Shown here in pieces: positions 25,701-37,700 of a DNA stretch of 64,000 bases. The notes beneath the pieces are model-generated. The model was not told the origin of the DNA. It was given only the letters and a program-made list of their open reading frames with translations, and ran no database searches. The position numbers and the translations under genes were made by a program. The stretch is from the human T2T-CHM13v2.0 reference genome, Homo sapiens. Location of the stretch: NCBI RefSeq assembly GCF_009914755.1, contig NC_060942.1; one strand, given 5' to 3'. Positions within the stretch are counted from its first letter, which is position 1. Each line of letters opens with the position of its first letter.

Positions 25701-28700
25701 ACTAGACAGAAGCATTCCCAGAAACTTATTTGAGATGTGTGTACTCTACTAAGAGAATTGAACCACCGTTTTGAAGGAGCAGTTTGGAAACACTCTTTTT
25801 CTGGAATCTGCAAGTGGATATTTGGCTAGCTTTGGGGATTTCGCTGGAAGCGGGAATACATATAAAAAGCACACAGCAGCGTTCTGAGAAACTGCTTTCT
25901 GATGTTTGCATTCAAGTCAAAAGTTGAACACTCCCTTTCATAGAGCAGTCTTGAAACACCCCTTTTGTAGTATCTGGAACTGGAAATTTGGAGCGCTTTC
26001 AGGGCTAAGGTGAAAAAGGAAATATCTTCCCATAAAAACTGGACAGAAGCATTCTCAGAAACTTGTTTATGCTGTATCTGCTCAACTAACAAAGTTGAAC
26101 CTTTCTTTTGATAGAGCAGTTTTGAAATGCTCTTTTTGTGGAATCTGCAAGTGGATATTTGGCTAGTTTTGAGGATTTCGTTGGAAGCGGGAATTCATAC
26201 AAATTGCAGACTGCAGCGTTCTGAGAAACATCTTTGTGATGTTTGTATTCAGGACACAGAGTTGAACATTCCCTATCATAGAGCAGGTTGGGATCACTCC
26301 TTTTGTAGTATCTGGAAGTGGACATTTGGAGCGCTTTCAGGCCTATGTTGAAAAAGGAAAAATCTTCCCATAACAACTAGACAGAAGCATTCTCAGAAAC
26401 TTGTTGGTGATGTGTTTCCTCTACTGACAGAGTTGAACCTTTCTTTTCATAGAGCAGTTTCGAAACACTCTTTTTGTAGAATCTGCAAGAGGATATTTGC
26501 ATAGCTCTGAGGATTTCGTGGGAAACGGGATTGTCTTCAGGTAAAATCTAGACAGAAGCATTCTCAGAAACTTCTTCGGGATGTTTGCATTCAAGTCACA
26601 GAGTAGAACATTCCCTTCGGTAGAGCAGGTTTGAAACACTCTTTTTGTCGTATCTGGAAGTGGACATTTGTTGCGCTTTCAGGCCTATGTTGGAAAGGGA
26701 AATATCTTCCCGTAACAACTACGCAGAAGCATTCTCAGAAACTTATTTGACATGTGTGTACTCAACTAAGAGAATTGAACCACCGTTTTGAAGGAGCAGT
26801 TTGGAAACACTCTTTTTCTGGAATCTGCAAGAGGATATTTGCCTAGCTTTGAGGATTTCGTTGGAAAAGGGATTGTCTTCAGATCAAATCTAGACAGAAG
26901 CATTCTCAGAAACTTCTTTGGGATGTTTGCATTCAAGTCACAGAGTAGAACATTCCTTTGGTAGAGCAGGTTTGAAACACTCTTTTTTTAGTATATGGAA
27001 GTGGACATTTGGAGCGCTTTCAGGCCTACGTTGGAAAAGGAAATATCTTCCCATAACAACTAGACGGAAGCATTCTCAGAAACTAGTTTCTGATGTGTGT
27101 CCTCAACTAACACAGTTGAACATTTCTTTAGACAGAACAGTTTTGAAACACTCTTTTTGTGGAATCTGCAAGTGGATATTTGGCTAGATTTGAGGATTTC
27201 GTTGGAAACGGGATTACATATAAAAAGCAGACAGCAGCATTCTCAGAAACTTCTTTGTGATGATTGCATTCAAGTCACAGAATTGAACATTCCCTTTCAC
27301 AGAGCAGGTTTGAAACACTCTTTTTGTAGTGTGTGTAAGTGGACATTTGGAGCGCTTTCCGGCCTAAGGTGAACAAGGAAATATCTTCCCATAAAAACTA
27401 GACAGAAGCATTCTCAGAAACTTACTCGTGATGTGTGTCCTCAACTAAAGGAGTAGAACCTTTCTTTTCATAGAGAAGTTTTGAAACGCTCTTTTTGTGG
27501 AATCTGCAAGTGGATATTTGGCTAGTTTGGAGGATTTCGTTGGAAGCGGGAATTCATACAAGATGCAGACTGCAGCGTTCTGAGAAACATCTTTGTGATG
27601 TTTGTATTCAGGACACAGAGTTGAACATTCCCTATCATAGAGCAGGTTTGAATCACTCCTTTTGTAGTATCTGGAAGTGGACATTTGGAGCGCTTTCAGG
27701 CCTATGTTGGAAAAGGAAATATCTTCCCATAACAACTAGACAGAAGCATTCCCAGAAACTTATTTGAGATGTGTGTACTCTACTAAGAGAATTGAACCAC
27801 CGTTTTGAAGGAGCAGTTTGGAAACACTCTTTTTCTGGAATCTGCAAGTGGATATTTGGCTAGCTTTGGGGATTTCGCTGGAAGCGGGAATACATATAAA
27901 AAGCACACAGCAGCGTTCTGAGAAACTGCTTTCTGATGTTTGCATTCAAGTCAAAAGTTGAACACTCCCTTTCATAGAGCAGTCTTGAAACACCCCTTTT
28001 GTAGTATCTGGAACTGGAAATTTGGAGCGCTTTCAGGGCTAAGGTGAAAAAGGAAATATCTTCCCATAAAAACTGGACAGAAGCATTCTCAGAAACTTGT
28101 TTATGCTGTATCTACTCAACTAACAAAGTTGAACCTTTCTTTTGATAGAGCAGTTTTGAAATGCTCTTTTTGTGGAATCTGCAAGTGGATATTTGGCTAG
28201 TTTTGAGGATTTCGTTGGAAGCGGGAATTCATACAAATTGCAGACTGCAGCGTTCTGAGAAACATCTTTGTGATGTTTGTATTCAGGACACAGAGTTGAA
28301 CATTCCCTATCATAGAGCAGGTTGGGATCACTCCTTTTGTAGTATCTGGAAGTGGACATTTGGAGCGCTTTCAGGCCTATGTTGAAAAAGGAAAAATCTT
28401 CCCATAACAACTAGACAGAAGCATTCTCAGAAACTTGTTGGTGATGTGTTTCCTCTACTGACAGAGTTGAACCTTTCTTTTCATAGAGCAGTTTCGAAAC
28501 ACTCTTTTTGTAGAATCTGCAAGAGGATATTTGCATAGCTCTGAGGATTTCGTGGGAAACGGGATTGTCTTCAGGTAAAATCTAGACAGAAGCATTCTCA
28601 GAAACTTCTTCGGGATGTTTGCATTCAAGTCACAGAGTAGCACATTCCCTTTGGTAGAGCAGGTTTGAAACACTCTTTTTGTCGTATCTGGAAGTGGACA

Positions 28701-31700
28701 TTTGGAGCGCTTTCAGGCCTATGTTGGAAAGGGAAATATCTTCCCGTAACAACTAGGCAGAAGCATTCTCAGAAACTTATTTGAGATGTGTGTACTCAAC
28801 TAAGAGAATTGAACCACCGTTTTGAAGGAGCAGTTTGGAAACACTCTTTTTCTGGAATCTGCAAGAGGATATTTGCCTAGCTTTGAGGATTTCGTTGGAA
28901 AAGGGATTGTCTTCAGATCCAATCTAGACAGAAGCATTCTCAGAAACTTCTTTGGGATGTTTGCATTCAAGTCACAGAGTAGAACATTCCTTTGGTAGAG
29001 CAGGTTTGAAACACTCTTTTTTTAGTATATGGAAGTGGACATTTGGAGCGCTTTCAGGCCTACGTTGGAAAAGGAAATATCTTCCCATAACAACTAGACA
29101 GAAGCATTCTCAGAAACTAGTTTCTGATGTGTGTCCTCAATTAACACAGTTGAACATTTCTTTAGACAGAACAGTTTTGAAACACTCTTTTTGTGGAATC
29201 TGCAAGTGGATATTTGGCTAGATTTGAGGATTTCGTTGGAAACGGGATTACATATAAAAAGCAGACAGCAGCATTCTCAGAAACTTCTTTGTGATGATTG
29301 CATTCAAGTCACAGAATTGAACATTCCCTTTCACAGAGCAGGTTTGAAACACTCTTTTTGTAGTGTGTGTAAGTGGACATTTGGAGCGCTTTCCGGCCTA
29401 AGGTGAACAAGGAAATATCTTCCCATAAAAACTAGACAGAAGCATTCTCAGAAACTTACTCGTGATGTGTGTCCTCAACTAAAGGAGTAGAACCTTTCTT
29501 TTCATAGAGAAGTTTTGAAACGCTCTTTTTGTGGAATCTGCAAGTGGATATTTGGCTAGTTTGGAGGATTTCGTTGGAAGCGGGAATTCATACAAGATGC
29601 AGACTGCAGCGTTCTGAGAAACATCTTTGTGATGTTTGTATTCAGGACACAGAGTTGAACATTCCCTATCATAGAGCAGGTTTGAATCACTCCTTTTGTA
29701 GTATCTGGAAGTGGACATTTGGAGCGCTTTCAGGCCTATGTTGGAAAAGGAAATATCTTCCCATAACAACTAGCAGAAGCATTCCCAGAAACTTATTTGA
29801 GATGTGTGTACTCAACTATGAGAATTGAACCACCGTTTTGAAGGAGCAGTTTGGAAACACTCTTTTTCTGGAATCTGCAAGTGGATATTTGGCTAGCTTT
29901 GGGGATTTCGCTGGAAGCGGGAATACATATAAAAAGCACACAGCAGCGTTCTGAGAAACTGCTTTCTGATGTTTGCATTCAAGTCAAAAGTTGAACACTC
30001 CCTTTCATAGAGCAGTCTTGAAACACCCCTTTTGTAGTATCTGGAACTGGAAATTTGGAGCGCCTTCAGGGCTAAGGTGAAAAAGGAAATATCTTCCCAT
30101 AAAAACTGGACAGAAGCATTCTCAGAAACTTGTTTATGCTGTATCTACTCAACTAACAAAGTTGAACCTTTCTTTTGATAGAGCAGTTTTGAAATGCTCT
30201 TTTTGTGGAATCTGCAAGTGGATATTTGGCTAGTTTTGAGGATTTCGTTGGAAGCGGGAATTCATACAAATTGCAGACTGCAGCATTCTGAGAAACATCT
30301 TTGTGATGTTTGTATTCAGGACACAGAGTTGAACATTCCCTATCATAGAGCAGGTTGGGATCACTCCTTTTGTAGTATCTGGAAGTGGACATTTGGAGCG
30401 CTTTCAGGCCTATGTTGAAAAAGGAAAAATCTTCCCATAACAACTAGACAGAAGCATTCTCAGAAACTTGTTGGTGATGTGTTTCCTCTACTGACAGAGT
30501 TGAACCTTTCTTTTCATAGAGCAGTTTCGAAACACTCTTTTTGTAGAATCTGCAAGAGGATGTTTGCATAGCTCTGAGGATTTCGTGGGAAACGGGATTG
30601 TCTTCAGGTAAAATCTAGACAGAAGCATTCTCAGAAACTTCTTCGGGATGTTTGCATTCAAGTCACAGAGTAGAACATTCCCTTCGGTAGAGCAGGTTTG
30701 AAACACTCTTTTTGTAGTATCTGGAAGTGGACATTTGTTGCGCTTTCAGGCCTATGTTGGAAAGGGAAATATCTTCCCGTAACAACTAGGCAGAAGCATT
30801 CTCAGAAACTTATTTGAGATGTGTGTACTCAACTAAGAGAATTGAACCACCGTTTTGAAGGAGCAGTTTGGAAACACTCTTTTTCTGGAATCTGCAAGAG
30901 GATATTTGCCTAGCTTTGAGGATTTCGTTGGAAAAGGGATTGTCTTCAGATCAAATCTAGACAGAAGCATTCTCAGAAACTTCTTTGGGATGTTTGCATT
31001 CAAGTCACAGAGTAGAACATTCCTTTGGTAGAGCAGGTTTGAAACACTCTTTTTTTAGTATATGGAAGTGGACATTTGGAGCGCTTTCAGGCCTACGTTG
31101 GAAAAGGAAATATCTTCCCATAACAACTAGACAGAAGCATTCTCAGAAACTAGTTTCTGATGTGTGTCCTCAACTAACACAGTTGAACATTTCTTTAGAC
31201 AGAACAGTTTTGAAACACTCTTTTTGTGGAATCTGCAAGTGGATATTTGGCTAGATTTGAGGATTTCGTTGGAAACGGGATTACATATAAAAAGCAGACA
31301 GCAGCATTCTCAGAAACTTCTTTGTGATGATTGCATTCAAGTCACAGAATTGAACATTCCCTTTCACAGAGCAGGTTTGAAACACTCTTTTTGTAGTGTG
31401 TGTAAGTGGACATTTGGAGCGCTTTCCGGCCTAAGGTGAACAAGGAAATATCTTCCCATAAAAACTAGACAGAAGCATTCTCAGAAACTTACTCGTGATG
31501 TGTGTCCTCAACTAAAGGAGTAGAACCTTTCTTTTCATAGAGAAGTTTTGAAACGCTCTTTTTGTGGAATCTGCAAGTGGATATTTGGCTAGTTTTGAGG
31601 ATTTCGTTGGAAGCGGGAATTCATACAAGATGCAGACTGCAGCGTTCTGAGAAACATCTTTGTGATGTTTGTATTCAGGACACAGAGTTGAACATTCCCT

Positions 31701-34700
31701 ATCATAGAGCAGGTTTGAATCACTCCTTTTGTAGTATCTGGAAGTGGACATTTGGAGCGCTTTCAGGCCTATGTTGGAAAAGGAAATATCTTCCCATAAC
31801 AACTAGACAGAAGCATTCCCAGAAACTTATTTGAGATGTGTGTACTCAACTAAGAGAATTGAACCACCGTTTTGAAGGAGCAGTTTGGAAACACTCTTTT
31901 TCTGGAATCTGCAAGTGGATATTTGGCTAGCTTTGGGGATTTCGCTGGAAGCGGGAATACATATAAAAAGCACACAGCAGCGTTCTGAGAAACTGCTTTC
32001 TGATGTTTGCATTCAAGTCAAAAGTTGAACACTCCCTTTCATAGAGCAGTCTTGAAACACCCCTTTTGTAGTATCTGGAACTGGAAATTTGGAGCGCTTT
32101 CAGGGCTAAGGTGAAAAAGGAAATATCTTCCCATAAAAACTGGACAGAAGCATTCTCAGAAACTTGTTTATGCTGTATCTACTCAACTAACAAAGTTGAA
32201 CCTTTCTTTTGATAGAGCAGTTTTGAAATGCTCTTTTTGTGGAATCTGCAAGTGGATATTTGGCTAGTTTTGAGGATTTCGTTGGAAGCGGGAATTCATA
32301 CAAATTGCAGACTGCAGCGTTCTGAGAAACATCTTTGTGATGTTTGTATTCAGGACACAGAGTTGAACATTCCCTATCATAGAGCAGGTTGGGATCACTC
32401 CTTTTGTAGTATCTGGAAGTGGACATTTGGAGCGCTTTCAGGCCTATGTTGAAAAACGAAAAATCTTCCCATAACAACTAGACAGAAGCATTCTCAGAAA
32501 CTTGTTGGTGATGTGTGTCCTCTACTGACAGAGTTGAACCTTTCTTTTCATAGAGCAGTTTCGAAACACTCTTTTTGTAGAATCTGCAAGAGGATATTTG
32601 CATAGCTCTGAGGATTTCGTGGGAAACGGGATTGTCTTCAGGTAAAATCTAGACAGAAGCATTCTCAGAAACTTCTTCGGGATGTTTGCATTCAAGTCAC
32701 AGAGTAGAACATTCCCTTTGGTAGAGCAGGTTTGAAACACTCTTTTTGTCGTATCTGGAAGTGGACATTTGTTGCGCTTTCAGGCCTATGTTGGAAAGGG
32801 AAATATCTTCCCGTAACAACTAGGCAGAAGCATTCTCAGAAACTTATTTGAGATGTGTGTACTCAACTAAGAGAATTGAACCACCGTTTTGAAGGAGCAG
32901 TTTGGAAACACTCTTTTTCTGGAATCTGCAAGAGGATATTTGCCTAGCTTTGAGGATTTCGTTGGAAAAGGGATTGTCTTCAGATCAAATCTAGACAGAA
33001 GCATTCTCAGAAACTTCTTTGGGATGTTTGCATTCAAGTCACAGAGTAGAACATTCCTTTGGTAGAGCAGGTTTGAAACACTCTTTTTTTAGTATATGGA
33101 AGTGGACATTTGGAGCGCTTTCAGGCCTACGTTGGAAAAGGAAATATCTTCCCATAACACCTAGACGGAAGCATTCTCAGAAACTAGTTTCTGATGTGTG
33201 TCCTCAACTGACACAGTTGAACATTTCTTTAGAGAGAACAGTTTTGAAACACTCTTTTTGTGGAATCTGCAAGTGGATATTTGGCTAGATTTGAGGATTT
33301 CGTTGGAAACGGGATTACATATAAAAAGCAGACAGCAGCATTCTCAGAAACTTCTTTGTGATGATTGCATTCAAGTCACAGAATTGAACATTCCCTTACA
33401 CAGAGCAGGTTTGAAACACTCTTTTTGTAGTGTGTGTAAGTGGACATTTGGAGCGCTTTCCGGCCTAAGGTGAACAAGGAAATATCTTCCCATAAAAACT
33501 AGACAGAAGCATTCTCAGAAACTTACTCGTGATGTGTGTCCTCAACTAAAGGAGTAGAACCTTTCTTTTCATAGAGAACTTTTGAAACGCTCTTTTTTTG
33601 GAATCTGCAAGTGGATATTTGGCTAGTTTTGAGGATTTCGTTGGAAGCGGGAATTCATACAAGATGCAGACTGCAGCGTTCTGAGAAACATCTTTGTGAT
33701 GTTTGTATTCAGGACACAGAGTTGAACATTCCCTATCATAGAGCAGGTTTGAATCACTCCTTTTGTAGTATCTGGAAGTGGACATTTGGAGCGCTTTCAG
33801 GCCTATGTTGGAAAAGGAAATATCTTCCCATAACAACTAGACAGAAGCATTCCCAGAAACTTATTTGAGATGTGTGTACTCAACTAAGAGAATTGAACCA
33901 CCGTTTTGAAGGAGCAGTTTGGAAACACGCTTTTTCTGGAATCTGCAAGTGGATATTTGGCTAGCTTTGGGGATTTCGCTGGAAGCGGGAATACATATAA
34001 AAAGCACACAGCAGCGTTCTGAGAAACTACTTTCTGATGTTTGCATTCAAGTCAAAAGTTGAACACTCCCTTTCATAGAGCAGTCTTGAAACACCCCTTT
34101 TGTAGTATCTGGAACTGGAAATTTGGAGCGCTTTCAGGGCTAAGGTGAAAAAGGAAATATCTTCCCATAAAAACTGGACAGAAGCATTCTCAGAAACTTG
34201 TTTATGCTGTATCTACTCAACTAACAAAGTTGAACCTTTCTTTTGATAGAGCAGTTTTGAAATGCTCTTTTTGTGGAATCTGCAAGTGGATATTTGGCTA
34301 GTTTTGAGGATTTCGTTGGAAGCGGGAATTCATACAAATTGCAGACTGCAGCGTTCTGAGAAACATCTTTGTGATGTTTGTATTCAGGACACAGAGTTGA
34401 ACATTCCCTATCATAGAGCAGGTTGGGATCACTCCTTTTGTAGTATCTGGAAGTGGACATTTGGAGCGCTTTCAGGCCTATGTTGAAAAAGGAAAAATCT
34501 TCCCATAACAACTAGACAGAAGCATTCTCAGAAACTTGTTGGTGATGTGTTTCCTCTACTGACAGAGTTGAACCTTTCTTTTCATACAGCAGTTTCGAAA
34601 CACTCTTTTTGTAGAATCTGGAAGAGGATATTTGCATAGCTCTGAGGATTTCGTGGGAAACGGGATTGTCTTCAGGTAAAATCTAGACAGAAGCATTCTC

Positions 34701-37700
34701 AGAAACTTCTTCGGGATGTTTGCATTCAAGTCACAGAGTAGAACATTCCCTTAGGTAGAGCAGGTTTGAAACACTCTTTTTGTCGTATCTGGAAGTGGAC
34801 ATTTGTTGCGCTTTCAGGCCTATGTTGGAAAGGGAAATATCTTCCCGTAACAACTAGGCAGAAGCATTCTCAGAAACTTATTTGAGATGTGTGTACTCAA
34901 CTAAGAGAATTGAACCACCGTTTTGAAGGAGCAGTTTGGAAACACTCTTTTTCTGGAATCTGCAAGAGGATATTTGCCTAGCTTTGAGGATTTCGTTGGA
35001 AAAGGGATTGTCTTCAGATCAAATCTAGACAGAAGCATTCTCAGAAACTTCTTTGGGATGTTTGCATTCAAGTCACAGAGTAGAACATTCCTTTGGTAGA
35101 GCAGGTTTGAAACACTCTTTTTTTAGTATATGGAAGTGGACATTTGGAGCGCTTTCAGGCCTACGTTGGAAAAGGAAATATCTTCCCATAACAACTAGAC
35201 AGAAGCATTCTCAGAAACTAGTTTCTGATGTGTGTCCTCAACTAACACAGTTGAACATTTCTTTAGACAGAACAGTTTTGAAACACTCTTTTTGTGGAAT
35301 CTGCAAGTGGATATTTGGCTAGATTTGAGGATTTCGTTGGAAACGGGATTACATATAAAAAGCAGACAGCAGCATTCTCAGAAACTTCTTTGTGATGATT
35401 GCATTCAAGTCACAGAATTGAACATTCCCTTTCACAGAGCAGGTTTGAAACACTCTTTTTGTAGTGTGTGTAAGTGGACATTTGGAGCGCTTTCCGGCCT
35501 AAGGTGAACAAGGAAATATCTTCCCATAAAAACTAGACAGAAGCATTCTCAGAAACTTACTCGTGATGTGTGTCCTCAACTAAAGGAGTAGAACCTTTCT
35601 TTTCATAGAGAAGTTTTGAAACGCTCTTTTTGTGGAATCTGCAAGTGGATATTTGGCTAGTTTTGAGGATTTCGTTGGAAGCGGGAATTCATACAAGATG
35701 CAGACTGCAGCGTTCTGAGAAACATCTTTGTGATGTTTGTATTCAGGACACAGAGTTGAACATTCCCTATCATAGAGCAGGTTTGAATCACTCCTTTTGT
35801 AGTATCTGGAAGTGGACATTTGGAGCGCTTTCAGGCCTATGTTGGAAAAGGAAATATCTTCCCATAACAACTAGACAGAAGCATTCCCAGAAACTTATTT
35901 GAGATGTGTGTACTCAACTAAGAGAATTGAACCACCGTTTTGAAGGAGCAGTTTGGAAACACTCTTTTTCTGGAATCTGCAAGTGGATATTTGGCTAGCT
36001 TTGGGGATTTCGCTGGAAGCGGGAATACATATAAAAAGCACACAGCAGCGTTCTGAGAAACTGCTTTCTGATGTTTGCATTCAAGTCAAAAGTTGAACAC
36101 TCCCTTTCATAGAGCAGTCTTGAAACACCCCTTTTGTAGTATCTGGAACTGGAAATTTGGAGCGCCTTCAGGGCTAAGGTGAAAAAGGAAATATCTTCCC
36201 ATAAAAACTGGACAGAAGCATTCTCAGAAACTTGTTTATGCTGTATCTACTCAACTAACAAAGTTGAACCTTTCTTTTGATAGAGCAGTTTTGAAATGCT
36301 CTTTTTGTGGAATCTGCAAGTGGATATTTGGCTAGTTTTGAGGATTTCGTTGGAAGCGGGAATTCATACAAATTGCAGACTGCAGCATTCTGAGAAACAT
36401 CTTTGTGATGTTTGTATTCAGGACACAGAGTTGAACATTCCCTATCATAGAGCAGGTTGGGATCACTCCTTTTGTAGTATCTGGAAGTGGACATTTGGAG
36501 CGCTTTCAGGCCTATGTTGAAAAAGGAAAAATCTTCCCATAACAACTAGACAGAAGCATTCTCAGAAACTTGTTGGTGATGTGTTTCCTCTACTGACAGA
36601 GTTGAACCTTTCTTTTCATACAGCAGTTTCGAAACACTCTTTTTGTAGAATCTGCAAGAGGATGTTTGCATAGCTCTGAGGATTTCGTGGGAAACGGGAT
36701 TGTCTTCAGGTAAAATCTAGACAGAAGCATTCTCAGAAACTTCTTCGGGATGTTTGCATTCAAGTCACAGAGTAGAACATTCCCTTCGGTAGAGCAGGTT
36801 TGAATCACTCTTTTTGTAGTATCTGGAAGTGGACATTTGTTGCGCTTTCAGGCCTATGTTGGAAAGGGAAATATCTTCCCGTAACAACTAGGCAGAAGCA
36901 TTCTCAGAAACTTATTTGAGATGTGTGTACTCAACTAAGAGAATTGAACCACCGTTTTGAAGGAGCAGTTTGGAAACACTCTTTTTCTGGAATCTGCAAG
37001 AGGATATTTGCCTAGCTTTGAGGATTTCGTTGGAAAAGGGATTGTCTTCAGATCAAATCTAGACAGAAGCATTCTCAGAAACTTCTTTGGGATGTTTGCA
37101 TTCAAGTCACAGAGTAGAACATTCCTTTGGTAGAGCAGGTTTGAAACACTCTTTTTTTAGTATATGGAAGTGGACATTTGGAGCGCTTTCAGGCCTACGT
37201 TGGAAAAGGAAATATCTTCCCATAACAACTAGACAGAAGCATTCTCAGAAACTAGTTTCTGATGTGTGTCCTCAACTAACACAGTTGAACATTTCTTTAG
37301 ACAGAACAGTTTTGAAACACTCTTTTTGTGGAATCTGCAAGTGGATATTTGGCTAGATTTGAGGATTTCGTTGGAAACGGGATTACATATAAAAAGCAGA
37401 CAGCAGCATTCTCAGAAACTTCTTTGTGATGATTGCATTCAAGTCACAGAATTGAACATTCCCTTTCACAGAGCAGGTTTGAAACACTCTTTTTGTAGTG
37501 TGTGTAAGTGGACATTTGGAGCGCTTTCCGGCCTAAGGTGAACAAGGAAATATCTTCCCATAAAAACTAGACAGAAGCATTCTCAGAAACTTACTCGTGA
37601 TGTGTGTCCTCAACTAAAGGAGTAGAACCTTTCTTTTCATAGAGAAGTTTTGAAACGCTCTTTTTGTGGAATCTGCAAGTGGATATTTGGCTAGTTTGGA

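Noticed and set aside
29765-29780. 1-bp deletion (CTAGCAGAAG) extending an ORF to 99 aa
   Set aside because: Singleton indel in satellite DNA; the ORF change is incidental and the indel is useful only as a positional marker.
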